Shown here piece after piece: positions 8,579-18,753 of a DNA stretch of 64,000 bases. Made by a program: the position numbers and the translations under genes. The stretch covers positions 247 to 64,246 of the forward strand of contig SOIM01000058.1 of assembly GCA_004377185.1 (NCBI GenBank), in the 5' to 3' direction. The notes beneath the pieces were generated by a model, which worked only from the letters and a program-made list of their open reading frames with translations, did no database searches and was not told the origin of the DNA. Source of the DNA: Methanomassiliicoccales archaeon. GTDB lineage: Archaea; Thermoplasmatota; Thermoplasmata; RBG-16-68-12; SOIM01. Position 1 is the first letter of the stretch, and each line of letters starts with the position of its first letter.

Positions 8579-9709
8579 TCAGAGGAACCTCTTTTCCAAC
8601 TTCCCTCTTTTCATCAGAACTGTTGGCTTGCCCCCTTTGTAAGCGGTTATAGTGGGTTTGTAGATAATTCCATCCAGATGTATCATCGCTTTCGCGTCCT
8701 CGTCATAGTTCGAGCCCAAGGCTATGTGACAGGTTCCGAAGACCTTCTCGTCCTCCAGGATGTTCCCAACAATCTTGGCTTTTGGATTCAGGCCGATGCC
8801 GAACTCGCCCAGGTTCCTTGCATTCCTCGCGTACTGGGTCGCCTGGACCTTTGTGAACTTACCCTCTTCTGCCATTGACATTGCGCTTTGCTCTCCTCTC
8901 TTCACCGCTTTTCTCAACACCCTAGCCTCTTTCTTGCCTTTGATCTTGATTGCGAAGCCTTCCTCCACTTCGACCTCGACTGGATCTTGGATAATGAGTT
9001 CGCCATTTCCCGTTGCCATGCTCCCGTCGAAGACAATTGTGCCCTCTGAATTGCCGAGTTCTGGGGATACGTAGACCTCACCCGAGGGGAGGTTTCCACC
9101 TCTGCCAGGCTTACGAAAATCTCCGTCATCTCTTCGTGCTTTTCTTCCTTTCAGACCAATCTTGATGTCCATACCGGCTGCCGTTCTTGCCACGAGGTGA
9201 TCGGACGCGTCCAGTACCCTCTTCAATTTTGCGACCCTCCTTCGCAGGTCTTGGTAGCTTATGGGAACCGTTCTCTTGAACATGTCCAGGCTGACACTTG
9301 GTGACCAGAAGGACCTGATTTTCTTCTCTTCCAGAAGGTATCTGAATATGTGGTCGTAGTCCTTTTCTGTGCCGGAATAGAGCTTCTTCAGGCCGAACCT
9401 GTCCTTACCCAGCTTCTTGTGGCTGATGGAGATGACGACATCTGGATTGGATTGGATGGCTTTGATGACCGAGTCCTCTGCAAGGTCCATCTGCGTTCTT
9501 ACAGGTTGAACAACGAGAATGGGAGTCCCTTTTGAGATGAGAGTGGCGTCATACAGCGCATGTGATATTGTCAATACGTCCTCGTCCGGGTTTGTGATTA
9601 TGAGAACACGTTCGCCGGGTTTGAGCCCCATCACATCCGTCATCGCGATTCTGGCTGCTCTCTTGACTTTGCTGTCAAGCTTGATCGTTGTCTCAAACCT
9701 GGTGGCCAT
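8579..9709 (-). CDS. M29 family aminopeptidase (AmpS / aminopeptidase T-like).
   Basis: 376 aa with the M29 thermophilic metalloprotease architecture, including EFGIGLNPKA...GNILEDEKVFGTCHIALGSNY and VSPELGNSEGTIVFDGSMA. Confidence 0.8.
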   Translation of the reverse strand: MATRFETTIKLDSKVKRAARIAMTDVMGLKPGERVLIITNPDEDVLTISHALYDATLISKGTPILVVQPVRTQMDLAEDSVIKAIQSNPDVVISISHKKLGKDRFGLKKLYSGTEKDYDHIFRYLLEEKKIRSFWSPSVSLDMFKRTVPISYQDLRRRVAKLKRVLDASDHLVARTAAGMDIKIGLKGRKARRDDGDFRKPGRGGNLPSGEVYVSPELGNSEGTIVFDGSMATGNGELIIQDPVEVEVEEGFAIKIKGKKEARVLRKAVKRGEQSAMSMAEEGKFTKVQATQYARNARNLGEFGIGLNPKAKIVGNILEDEKVFGTCHIALGSNYDEDAKAMIHLDGIIYKPTITAYKGGKPTVLMKRGKLEKRFL

Positions 9710-9761
9710 GAAGTCAACTCCTGCAGTCTGCGCGCCTAATCCAATTCCGCAAACACAGCGT

Positions 9762-10550
9762 TTACTTGCCTTTGAACTCCGGGGGTCTCTTCTCCATGAA
9801 AGCCTTCAAGCCTTCCTCTTTGTCCTCAGTCGAGAAAGCCAGACTCACAAGCTCTCTCTCGTAAGCTAGACCATCATCCAGGCCCACCTCAAGAGCTCGG
9901 TTAATAGCCGATTTGGCAAGTCCTACAGCCAATGGTCCCTTGCTGGATATTTCCGTGGCCAGAGCTTTGGCTTCGTTCATCAGCTCGGCCTGGGGAACCA
10001 CCTTGTTCACGAGACCAATTCTCTCAGCTTCCTCTGCCTTGATCATCTTGCCAGTGAATACGAGCTCGCAGGCCCTGCCCTTTCCCAAGAGCTTCGTGAG
10101 TCTTTGAGTTCCACCAAATCCGGGGAATATGCCCAAACTGACTTCAGGTACGCCCAACTTCGCATTGTCCGAAGCCAATCTGATGTCACAAGCAATTGCC
10201 AACTCGCAACCGCCGCCAAGAGCAAACCCGTTCACCGCGGCAATCGTGGGCTTCTCCATCTTGGCGAACATGCCCATGATATGATGACCCAGCATAGTGA
10301 ACTGCCTCATTTGCATCGGTGTTTTCCCTATCATTTCCTTTATGTCCGCGCCTGCAACAAACGCCTTCTCTCCAGCACCCGTTACGATCACTACAAGTAC
10401 GTTCTCGTCCTGCGAGACGACCTCGGCCGCCCTCTTCAGCCCATCCAGTACGTCAGAGTTCAGTGCATTCAGCGCATCTGGTCGGTTCACGGTTACGATC
10501 GCGATCTTGTTCTCCTTTTCCACCGTCACGACATCGCTCATTGTGCTCAC
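9762..10550 (-). CDS. Enoyl-CoA hydratase (crotonase family, short-chain).
   Basis: Crotonase motifs [12 protein letters not shown] and [17 protein letters not shown], with oxyanion-hole residues present. Confidence 0.85.
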   Translation of the reverse strand: MSTMSDVVTVEKENKIAIVTVNRPDALNALNSDVLDGLKRAAEVVSQDENVLVVIVTGAGEKAFVAGADIKEMIGKTPMQMRQFTMLGHHIMGMFAKMEKPTIAAVNGFALGGGCELAIACDIRLASDNAKLGVPEVSLGIFPGFGGTQRLTKLLGKGRACELVFTGKMIKAEEAERIGLVNKVVPQAELMNEAKALATEISSKGPLAVGLAKSAINRALEVGLDDGLAYERELVSLAFSTEDKEEGLKAFMEKRPPEFKGK

Positions 10551-11413
10551 CTACTGTAGTCGTACACACCCTTACCAGTCTTTCTTCCTAGCCTTCCCGC
10601 CCTCACATATTTTCTGAGCAAAGGAGAGGGCCTGAACTTTGGATCACCGGTTTCCTTGTAGAGAACCTCCATCACGAAGAGACCAACCTCCAACCCAGTG
10701 TAGTCCGCCAGCTCCAGTGGACCCATGGGCATGTTCGTGCCCAGTTTCATGGCCTTGTCTATGTCTTCCGCGCTTGCTGCCCCTTCCATCAAGAGGTTGA
10801 ATGCCTCGTTCATCATGGGAACCAGAAGTCTGTTGACCACGAATCCGGGGGATTCCTTCACCTCCACAGGCTCCTTACCAAGCTTCACACTGAATTCCTT
10901 GGCGAACTGCACCGTCTCATCCGAAGTCTCCGAACCGCGTATAATCTCGACCAACTTCATCACTGGCGCTGGGTTGAAGAAGTGCATTCCCACGAACTTG
11001 TCCGGTCTCGATGTGGCAGACCCTATCTCGGTGACGCTCAACGAGGAAGTATTGCTGGCGAACACCACGTCCGGAGGGCACACCTCGTCCGCTTCCTTGA
11101 ACACCTCCTTCTTCAGATCCATGTTCTCTATCACGGCCTCGATCACCAGTTGGGCACCTTCCAAGGCTTCCTTCATGTCCACCGTCCCGTGTATCTTGGA
11201 AACGATCGCGTCCACGTCCTCCTGGGCCATCTTTCCCTTTTCGACCCTCTTCTGAAGGGGTCTCTTTATCCTTTCAAATCCTCCTTGGACGAATCTCTCT
11301 TCGATATCCCTCATGGATACTTCGTAGCCTGCAACCGAGCAAGTTTGAGCAATGCCAGCCCCCATAGTGCCAGCGCCCAAAATACACACTTTCTTTACAT
11401 CCTCTAACCTCAT
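10547..11413 (-). CDS. hbd: 3-hydroxyacyl-CoA (3-hydroxybutyryl-CoA) dehydrogenase.
   Basis: Rossmann motif [15 protein letters not shown] and a C-terminal 3HCDH domain. ATG at 11411-11413 is preceded by GGAGG. The track ORF is over-extended upstream. Its stop overlaps the crotonase start. Confidence 0.85.
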   Translation of the reverse strand: MRLEDVKKVCILGAGTMGAGIAQTCSVAGYEVSMRDIEERFVQGGFERIKRPLQKRVEKGKMAQEDVDAIVSKIHGTVDMKEALEGAQLVIEAVIENMDLKKEVFKEADEVCPPDVVFASNTSSLSVTEIGSATSRPDKFVGMHFFNPAPVMKLVEIIRGSETSDETVQFAKEFSVKLGKEPVEVKESPGFVVNRLLVPMMNEAFNLLMEGAASAEDIDKAMKLGTNMPMGPLELADYTGLEVGLFVMEVLYKETGDPKFRPSPLLRKYVRAGRLGRKTGKGVYDYSR

Positions 11414-11519
11414 TTCCTCCCCTCTTTCAAATGACGAGTCGGGGAATGAGTGAGGGCAATATAATTGTTTCTTATGGCTACAAAGAGAGAATCCGGCTCT
11501 GCAGGTCCGCGATTTCGTA

Positions 11520-11960
11520 CTACTTCTTGGGTTCCCACCGGAACCAAACCCTGCCATCTTCCAGATTGATTATCTTCAGCTTCATCTCCTGGCCCACTTC
11601 CAAGTCCTCGAAGTGTGCATCATCTATTCTCGCCAGCACGCTCATGGGTAGCCCGTCCAACTCCACTATGCCTATCGAGAACGGTGCGTCCTGCTCCAGA
11701 CCAAGAGGAACGCCGTAGAAAACCTCGGTGAACGCGAACAGCTTCCCTTCCTGTGGCAGATCTATCCAATCCATCTCATTCCCACTGCAATGCGGACAGA
11801 CAATTCTCGGCTGCCAGAGTATTTCCCCACATTTCTTGCATTTGGTGGTGGTGAACTTCCCTTCCTTCAGATTCTCGAAAAAGCTATGAATCTGGGTGAA
11901 TTCTTCTGTCTGCAGCGGATAGAAATCCAGAATGTAGGGCATATCAATCTTGACCATCAT
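11520..11960 (-). CDS. DUF35 Zn-ribbon/OB-fold protein (thiolase/HMGCS scaffold subunit).
   Basis: Zn-ribbon [20 protein letters not shown] followed by an OB-fold. ATG at 11958-11960 overlaps the thiolase stop TGA (ATGA) and is preceded by GGAGGGGTGG. Confidence 0.8.
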   Translation of the reverse strand: MMVKIDMPYILDFYPLQTEEFTQIHSFFENLKEGKFTTTKCKKCGEILWQPRIVCPHCSGNEMDWIDLPQEGKLFAFTEVFYGVPLGLEQDAPFSIGIVELDGLPMSVLARIDDAHFEDLEVGQEMKLKIINLEDGRVWFRWEPKK

Positions 11961-13123
11961 CCACCCCTCCCTAGTACGAGGACACTGTGAACGTTCGCGT
12001 TGCCGCTCAGATTGTGAGTGAGTGCACAATCTCCTCCCACATATCTCTCCTTGGGTACTTCGCCTCTGAACTGTTCGATTACCTCCACCACTTGAGCGAT
12101 GGATGTCGCACCGAGCGGATGACCCGTTCCCAAGAGCCCCCCGTGAGTGTTGATGGGCAACTTCCCGCCTATGTACGGACTACCGTCCTCGATGTACTTC
12201 CCACCCTCTCCCTTTTCGCACATTCCGCCATCCTCATAGATTATGATCTCCGAAATGGTGAAGCAGTCATGCACTTCCGCGAAACTGAGGTCTTTGATCT
12301 CCTTCCCGGCCATCTTCAGCGCGTTCCGGAAAGCGACCTTCAGCGGTTCCCAGGTTGTCAAGTTCGGGAGGTTCGTAACCAAGCTGCCCATATTGCACTG
12401 CCCCATTCCCTCGATGTAAACGGGGGTATCGGTGAACTCCTTCGCCCTCTCCGCGCTTGTCATGACAATTCCGCCAGCACCGTCCGTTATGCCGGAGCAA
12501 TCGAGCAGCCTGATGGGACTGGCTATCATGACGGAATCCATTACTTGATCGAGAGTGAACGTTTTCTGAAAGTGCCCCAGGGGGTTGGTGGACGAGTTGT
12601 CATGGTTCTTGACCGAGACCATCGCGATCTGCTCCCTTGTGGTGCCGTACTCGTACATGTGCCTCTGCATTATCATCGCGAAGAAGGGTGGAGCGGACAT
12701 GCCGTTCACACCGTCCCATTCCCGGTCCATAACGGCAGCCATCGTGGTCTGGGCCTCCGCCATGCTGGGGGTGTTCATCTTCTCAACGCCCATGACCAAT
12801 GCTATGTCGGTAATCCCGGCAACTATGGAACCGTACGCGGCTCTCATCGCAGCCTGGCCGGATGCGCAAGCCAGCTCGGTTCTCATGATGATGTTGCTAG
12901 GCTGAACCCCGACCTGCTCTGCAACAACGGGTGCCGGGTAGCACTGGAAGGCGAATCTATCGGACCCTGCAGTCCCCAAGAAGAGACTGTCAACATCTTT
13001 CCTGTCCAGATTGGGAATGTCGTCAAATACAGCTTTACCAGCTTCTTGTGCAAGTTCCTTGTACGTTGCTTTCCTAACACCAAACTTGGCTAGTCCTCCT
13101 CCAACTATGGCGACTTTGTTCAC
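11957..13123 (-). CDS. Archaeal-type thiolase (acetyl-CoA C-acetyltransferase family).
   Basis: Active-site Cys in ELACASGQAAMRAAY and C-terminal HGGLLGTGHPLGATS...NLSGNA. GTG start at 13121-13123 (VNKVAIVGGG) with an AGGGGG SD-like element upstream. Confidence 0.85.
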   Translation of the reverse strand: MNKVAIVGGGLAKFGVRKATYKELAQEAGKAVFDDIPNLDRKDVDSLFLGTAGSDRFAFQCYPAPVVAEQVGVQPSNIIMRTELACASGQAAMRAAYGSIVAGITDIALVMGVEKMNTPSMAEAQTTMAAVMDREWDGVNGMSAPPFFAMIMQRHMYEYGTTREQIAMVSVKNHDNSSTNPLGHFQKTFTLDQVMDSVMIASPIRLLDCSGITDGAGGIVMTSAERAKEFTDTPVYIEGMGQCNMGSLVTNLPNLTTWEPLKVAFRNALKMAGKEIKDLSFAEVHDCFTISEIIIYEDGGMCEKGEGGKYIEDGSPYIGGKLPINTHGGLLGTGHPLGATSIAQVVEVIEQFRGEVPKERYVGGDCALTHNLSGNANVHSVLVLGRGG

Positions 13124-13320
13124 CTCAATACCCCCTTTCCCTCGGTCATTGGGGGAGGCATATTTAATCTCTATGATATAGGCCAACTATGTCTCAGTCC
13201 TGAAACAACTGAGAGGTTTCCGCCCCCAAACTACTGGGTCCGAGCAGTCCTTATCAAATCTGATTTTTTGAGAGTTAATTCAAAAGCCAACCCTGGTCAT
13301 AATTATCGTCGGTCAGTAGC

Positions 13321-13614
13321 TTGTTCGAACCATTGTCTCCGTCCACGCTTGCCGAAATCAAGAGGATAAAGAAGAAATGCGAGCAGAAGCTGGATAGGAA
13401 TCCTTCTGATCTGGATGCCATGTTCACGCTCGCAGCAGCCATGGCGAGGCTTGGGGACCTAGATCTGGCAATAGACATGATAGAGGGTCTTCTTGCGGTG
13501 AACCCAGCATATCCGGGAGGACTAAGACTTCTTGCAACGCTTCATAAGATGCATGGTAATGACGAGAAATCGAGGGAGTGTTACGAGAAGGCACTGGCTT
13601 TAGGCGAGGTCTGA
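13321..13614 (+). CDS. Small TPR-repeat protein.
   Basis: 97 aa with two or three TPR-like helical pairs (AMFTLAAAMARLGDLDLAIDMIEGLLAVNPAYPGGLRLLATLHKMHGNDEKSRECYEKALAL). TTG start in the track; the true start is uncertain. Confidence 0.45.
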   Translation: MFEPLSPSTLAEIKRIKKKCEQKLDRNPSDLDAMFTLAAAMARLGDLDLAIDMIEGLLAVNPAYPGGLRLLATLHKMHGNDEKSRECYEKALALGEV

Positions 13615-14123
13615 GCAAGAACCTATCCCAGGACACCTTTTTTCTCGGATTGTTTCTGGTACAGCTCCGCTACCCTGGCAAGAGTATCCACTTCTTGTGC
13701 GACTATTTACAACATCCTGTGGCTGGGGGATGAGATACTGCAGATCTCCACTATGGAATACAGCTCGTGTGTGAAATGCATGCTGGGAGCTTTCGAAGGG
13801 GGCTGGAGATACTCACAGAAGTGGTAGTGACGCACATATCTCCGAGAACCGGGGAAAACAACGCTCATTGAGCCGGCAAACAAGAAATGTCAGTTCTCTC
13901 ATTGTTCTACCACACATCCAAGCCAAGCGAAAGAAAAGGATAGCGAACCTCCTACCGGGCCAACAGCGAGAGGAGGAGATCGATCTCCAGAGGGAGTGGC
14001 TCCCGCTCGGCAGAATTTCTTCACTGCTTTGACGTATTCCCCGTCCGGACGGAAGTGCCTGCAATTGTCCAAAACGAACATCACTCCTGCAGAATGCGTA
14101 CTGTGTTCAAATGAATCGAAGCA

Positions 14124-14672
14124 CTAACCAAGCAGACCAGCTTGGGTCAGTTCCTCTGTGACCTTCTCTACAGCCCTCTCTACGTCCTGCGGCTTCCTTG
14201 CACCGGTGCAGACCAACTTTCCCGAGCCGAACAGAAGAAGTACAACTTTCGGGTCATCCAGCCTGTAAATCAATCCGGGAAACTGCTCTGGTTCATATTC
14301 AATCCTTTTCAAACTCAGGCTAATAGCTATCGCGTTCAAATTTATCTTCATTTCCAGGTCGGAAGAAGCAACTATGTTCTGAACCTCAATCTCAGGGTCC
14401 TTTTCGATTTTTATCCCAATCTTTTCGATCTTCTTTGCAACGTTGCTGATTGCCAGTTTCACTTGCCCCAAGCTCTTGGCTCCCGTGCATATGACTTTCC
14501 CGCTTCGGAAAAGAAGAGTGGCTGTCTTCGGCTCTTTCAACCTGTAGATCAACCCAGGAAAATGTTTGGGATCGTATTTGGCTTCAGTCAGGGCAAGTGC
14601 TATTGCCTCAAGGTCGAGCTCACTTCCAAAAGAGGTCGAAGCGACAATGTTTTCTATCTTTATTTTGGCCAA
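14124..14672 (-). CDS. tbp: TATA-box binding protein.
   Basis: Two direct TBP repeats (ENIVASTSFGSELDLEAIALAL...FPGLIYRL...LLFRSGKVICTGAKS and QNIVASSDLEMKINLNAIAISL...FPGLIYRL...LLFGSGKLVCTGARK). TTG start preceded by GGAGG. Confidence 0.95.
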   Translation of the reverse strand: MAKIKIENIVASTSFGSELDLEAIALALTEAKYDPKHFPGLIYRLKEPKTATLLFRSGKVICTGAKSLGQVKLAISNVAKKIEKIGIKIEKDPEIEVQNIVASSDLEMKINLNAIAISLSLKRIEYEPEQFPGLIYRLDDPKVVLLLFGSGKLVCTGARKPQDVERAVEKVTEELTQAGLLG

Positions 14673-14981
14673 CTAGTGCCTCCAACAAAGGAATCCATCG
14701 GTTTTGTAGCATGACGTCATTCAAATACTTTAAACCATTGATGATTCTCTCAGAATATTAGGTGAGGTCTCACCATATGCTTCTTCCCCCAGGCATGGAA
14801 AACTCGGCGGAATAGCGTTCTCTGAAGCAGATATCTCTTTTTTCTCTCGACCCGACAAGAGAGATTGGGATCTCCTCCGTGGATTTGTGGGGATCGGAAC
14901 CCAACTATGGTGACCGTGTTTGGTCCGCAGTTTTCTTACGATTGCGGGAAGGTGAGCACACCCTCACGTGTGGGTGTCAAG

Positions 14982-14989
14982 TTTAAATA
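14982..14989 (+). promoter_or_regulatory. Archaeal TATA box (TTTAAATA) for the MarC-family gene, leaderless arrangement.
   Basis: TTTAAATA lies about 26 nt upstream of the probable ATG at 15015 (MIDFALSV...). Confidence 0.4.
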
Positions 14990-15014
14990 GCCGATGTGGC
15001 TTCAGCCGTCAGCG

Positions 15015-15659
15015 ATGATAGACTTCGCTCTTTCGGTCTTTGCAGCGATATTCGCCATAGTCAATCCAGTGGGAAATCTCACATTCTTCGTCGCACTCAC
15101 CGAGGGGTACACCGAGGAGCTCAAGAGGAAAGTGATAAACAAGGTCATACTGGTTGCCTCTGTGACCCTCTTGATCTTCGCACTCGCTGGCAACTACATA
15201 TTCATGATATTTCACACGTCAATACCAGCCTTCAGGATCGCTGGTGGAGTTCTTCTCTTTTCAATAGCTTTTGTAATGGTTTGGGGAGGAAGACCGGGTA
15301 CGAAACTCACTGAAAAGGACAGGTCTGAGGCTCTCGAAAAAGAGGTGGTCGGAGCAGTTCCTTTGGGAATCCCAATGTTCGCAGGGCCTGGGGCCATTAC
15401 AACGGTGATGGTATACATGGCGGATGCCTCCTCGCCTGGTTTGGATCTTGTCAAGATAGGGATCATACTATTGGCTATCATGGCGACGATGGCGGCCTCC
15501 TATGTTCTGCTCGTGCACAGCGGTGTGATTGCAAGAAGGATGGGGCGAATAGGAGCGGTTGCGTTTTCCAGAATCATGGGCCTCATACTCGCAGCCATAG
15601 CCGTGCAGATAATCGTGATTGGTATATTCGGCGTCGTTGACTTGTATTATTTGAGATAG
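15015..15659 (+). CDS. MarC family (UPF0056) integral membrane protein.
   Basis: Six predicted TM helices with the conserved MarC N-terminus FALSVFAAIFAIVNPVGNLTFFVALTEG and C-terminal SRIMGLILAAIAVQIIV. Confidence 0.8.
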   Translation: MIDFALSVFAAIFAIVNPVGNLTFFVALTEGYTEELKRKVINKVILVASVTLLIFALAGNYIFMIFHTSIPAFRIAGGVLLFSIAFVMVWGGRPGTKLTEKDRSEALEKEVVGAVPLGIPMFAGPGAITTVMVYMADASSPGLDLVKIGIILLAIMATMAASYVLLVHSGVIARRMGRIGAVAFSRIMGLILAAIAVQIIVIGIFGVVDLYYLR

Positions 15660-15897
15660 AAAGATCACTTCCTTGTGAAGGAGATTTCCGTGGATTGGAG
15701 TGGACAGGATCTTAATCTGATACGGACAGAATCCTGTGGAAACCTGTTTCTGCCACAATTATCTCCTTGTTATATCCTGTTCCCAATCCGAAATTCTCAC
15801 AGAGTTTGCGGACAACCTCAGTCATGCACTAATCATTGGGCCTTTCGCAAAAACCATTATAAGCACCGTGTAGATTCAATTATGAGGATGCCTAGGA

Positions 15898-17670
15898 ATG
15901 AACAACAGGAGGACGAGTCTGTTCATAACGTTTCTCGTATTTGCGAGCACACTCTGTGCCAGTTTGGCTTTCGTACCGACAAATCTGAAGGCCACCACTC
16001 GATTTGTGGGTGGGACCAATCCTGGCAATTACACAACAATACAAGAGGCCATAAATGATTCGCAGTCTGGCGATGTTGTCTACGTCTACAACGGAACCTA
16101 TCATGAGCATCTCATCGTTGACAAATCAATCTCCCTGATCGGTGAAGAGAGGGGCACAACCATAATAGACGGTGATGGAAGCGGGGACGTTGTCAATGTG
16201 ACTTCTGATTGGGTGAACATCACTGGGTTCACGGTGAAAAACAGCGGACCTGACGGAGGTGACGCGGGAATAGAGCTGTATCACGTTCAGAACTGCAAGG
16301 TCACAAACAATACAGTCACAATTGACACTTATGGGATTTTTCTTGATTCATCCGCTAACAACACAATCTACAATAACACAGCTTCGCACGACCGCAGTGG
16401 CATAGTGCTCTTTTGGTCTTTCGACAACACGGTTATCAGCAACACTCTTACTCCAGACAGTACGAATGGTATCTTCCTTTACAGCTCTGAGAACAATACA
16501 ATTGCTAACAACACCTCTATAGACAACGGATACGGCATCTATTTCTGGTTCGCCATAAACAACACGGTAGCTGGCAACAACATATCTTTAAGCACTGGCA
16601 CAGGCATCTTGCTCTTCTGGTCCTACGGCAATGTCCTTTATCATAACAACTTCATCAATAATTCAAACCACGCCAGGGACAACGGGGTCAATACCTGGGA
16701 CGATGGATATCCTTCAGGGGGCAATTACTGGGACAACTACACGGGTTCCGACCAATTCTCCGGTCCCAACCAAGACCAACCGGGAAGCGACACTATTGGT
16801 GATTCAGCTCTTCTGATAGATTCTGACAGTCGGGATAGGTATCCGCTGATGTTCCCCTATGGAATGCCACCGCCTGGACCGCCGCCGATGTTGCGTGCCA
16901 CCTTGAGCGGCAGAGACATGGAAAACGTCACGCTGACTTGGTCTCTCTCCTCGGACGATGGGTCGGGTTACAAGTCAGTCATTGGTTACATGATCTACAG
17001 AAACGCATCTTATCATCCTGAGGGACTGGGCTACGGACAATACACGACCTTACCCAACGGAACTTCGGAGTTCATGGATGTTTTTGTCGGTGAAGGAGAT
17101 CCAAACAATTACTTCTACCAAGTATGCGCTTTGGATGTGAAGAACCAGAGCACGTGTGGGGAGAATCAGGTGGCCAAGTTCACTCGCACATTGGCACTGG
17201 GACCAAATCTTATTTCAATCCCATTGATTCAGTTAGATGAAAATGTAGAAACTGTTCTCCAAACGGTCTCGTTCGACAGAGCATGGTCATATGACGGTTT
17301 CAATCAGGAGTGGAAGTCCTTCATTAAATCAAAACCTTATCATGGAGGGCTCACCAGTGTGAATCATACGAGGGGGCTGTGGATGAATGTCACCCGGGAC
17401 TCAAATCTCACAGTCGCGGGAGTGGTTCCCTCAGCATCAAGAATCATTCTGAAAGCGGGATGGAATCTTGTCGGCTTCCCATCTTTTGATGAGAACCTTA
17501 CTGTCGCGGACCTCAAATTGAGTATAGTTGTGGAAAGAGTGGAAGAGTTTGATGCTTTGGCTACCCCATATTTCCTCAGATTGATGTTGGGTGGGGACAT
17601 CCTAGAGACAGGATATGCCTATTGGTTGAATGTGGTGGCTGAGACAACTTGGATAGTGCGAAATGAGTGA
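15898..17670 (+). CDS. Secreted NosD-like parallel beta-helix repeat surface protein (paralog 1, no C-terminal TM anchor).
   Basis: Signal peptide, then the TRFVGGTNPGNYTTIQEAINDSQSGDVVYVYNGTY and SLIGEERGTTIIDG modules. About ten NNTI/SxN beta-helix repeats, then YPSGGNYWDNYTGSDQFSGPNQDQPGSDTIGD...DRYPLM and an FN3-like domain. Dense in N-glycosylation sequons. Confidence 0.8.
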   Translation: MNNRRTSLFITFLVFASTLCASLAFVPTNLKATTRFVGGTNPGNYTTIQEAINDSQSGDVVYVYNGTYHEHLIVDKSISLIGEERGTTIIDGDGSGDVVNVTSDWVNITGFTVKNSGPDGGDAGIELYHVQNCKVTNNTVTIDTYGIFLDSSANNTIYNNTASHDRSGIVLFWSFDNTVISNTLTPDSTNGIFLYSSENNTIANNTSIDNGYGIYFWFAINNTVAGNNISLSTGTGILLFWSYGNVLYHNNFINNSNHARDNGVNTWDDGYPSGGNYWDNYTGSDQFSGPNQDQPGSDTIGDSALLIDSDSRDRYPLMFPYGMPPPGPPPMLRATLSGRDMENVTLTWSLSSDDGSGYKSVIGYMIYRNASYHPEGLGYGQYTTLPNGTSEFMDVFVGEGDPNNYFYQVCALDVKNQSTCGENQVAKFTRTLALGPNLISIPLIQLDENVETVLQTVSFDRAWSYDGFNQEWKSFIKSKPYHGGLTSVNHTRGLWMNVTRDSNLTVAGVVPSASRIILKAGWNLVGFPSFDENLTVADLKLSIVVERVEEFDALATPYFLRLMLGGDILETGYAYWLNVVAETTWIVRNE

Positions 17671-17847
17671 ACGAGCATTCTATCACAAGGTCGAGCCAGA
17701 ACTGTCGTTGTTGATGGGCAATCTGTCTTTCGATGGATTATTCGTGTGCTTTCAATGCCCTAATCCTCACACTTCTGTCATCCTTGACAATGAAGGATGA
17801 CGTTTCCAATTGGAATCCTCTGAAACCTTCATAATCCAAAAAGTACA

Positions 17848-18744
17848 CTATCCCTGAGCCAGCTCAAGTCTCTTCTCCACAAACTCCTCCATTTTCGCGA
17901 TAGCTTCCTCATCCCCCAGTAGGTGCTTGAATCTCCCCTGCAGTTCCAAATACTCCCTCACTGGCTTCCTTTTCTTCGGCAGATGCTGGAACGTCCTTTT
18001 CCCATTCTCATATTCGAAGAGGATTACGAACCCTGTTTGAACGGCCAACTTGGCCAACTTCACCGAATATCGGGGTTCGGTCCGCCATCCCGCAGGACAT
18101 GAAGAAAACACGTGAATGTAACTCGGTCCCCTCACCGTCGCAGCCTTCTTCACCTTGTCTATGAGATCCAAAGGATAACCGATAGATGCGGTCGCAACAT
18201 AAGGAGTGTTGTGAGCTATCATTATCTCGGGTACGTCCTTTCTCATCTCCATTGGCCTGTTCTCACCTTTGATAACACTCCCGACCGGCGTGGTGCTCGT
18301 GGCAGCTCCGAAGGGCGTGGTCCCGCTCCTCTGGCCACCCGTGTTCATGTAGCTCTCGTTGTCGTAGCACAGATAGATGAAATCATGACCTCTCTCAACC
18401 GCACCAGACAAGGAACCCATTCCAATATCTGCAGTACCACCATCCCCAGCGACGACCAGGAGATTGGTCCCATCTCTCTTTCCAAGAATGTCAAGGGCTT
18501 GTTCAATGCCTGACATAACGGCTGGTCCATTTTCGAAAAGTACGTGGAAATGGGGAACCTTGGGGACAGCCATCTGCATGATGACCGCCATGCATCCCGT
18601 AGAGTTGATGACTATCGTGTTCGGGCCCAAGGCTTTGAGAGCGTGGCGAAGGGTCAGTATCGCTCCGCAACCGGCGCACGAGAGACTGCCGTAATGCAGG
18701 AATTCCTCGTTCGTGAGGTCCTTTATCTTTGTCTTCTTTGTCAT
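17848..18744 (-). CDS. porB: Pyruvate/2-oxoacid:ferredoxin oxidoreductase beta subunit (TPP-binding).
   Basis: TPP motif GDGGTADIGMGSLSGAVERGHDFIYLCYDNESYMNTGGQ. Last gene of the porGDAB operon. Confidence 0.9.
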   Translation of the reverse strand: MTKKTKIKDLTNEEFLHYGSLSCAGCGAILTLRHALKALGPNTIVINSTGCMAVIMQMAVPKVPHFHVLFENGPAVMSGIEQALDILGKRDGTNLLVVAGDGGTADIGMGSLSGAVERGHDFIYLCYDNESYMNTGGQRSGTTPFGAATSTTPVGSVIKGENRPMEMRKDVPEIMIAHNTPYVATASIGYPLDLIDKVKKAATVRGPSYIHVFSSCPAGWRTEPRYSVKLAKLAVQTGFVILFEYENGKRTFQHLPKKRKPVREYLELQGRFKHLLGDEEAIAKMEEFVEKRLELAQG

Positions 18745-18753
18745 TTGAGCACC

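Noticed and set aside
11987-13093. 368 aa plus-strand ORF.
   Set aside because: It lies entirely antisense to the well-supported thiolase gene and has no domain signatures.
13615-14123. 500 nt gene-poor gap with small minus-strand ORFs (13813-14064, 13899-14084), checked for ncRNA such as SRP RNA or RNase P RNA.
   Set aside because: No recognisable conserved ncRNA motifs could be identified by eye. The small ORFs are Cys/Arg-rich and overlap each other. The region is left unannotated. A covariance-model scan (Rfam) would be the decisive test.
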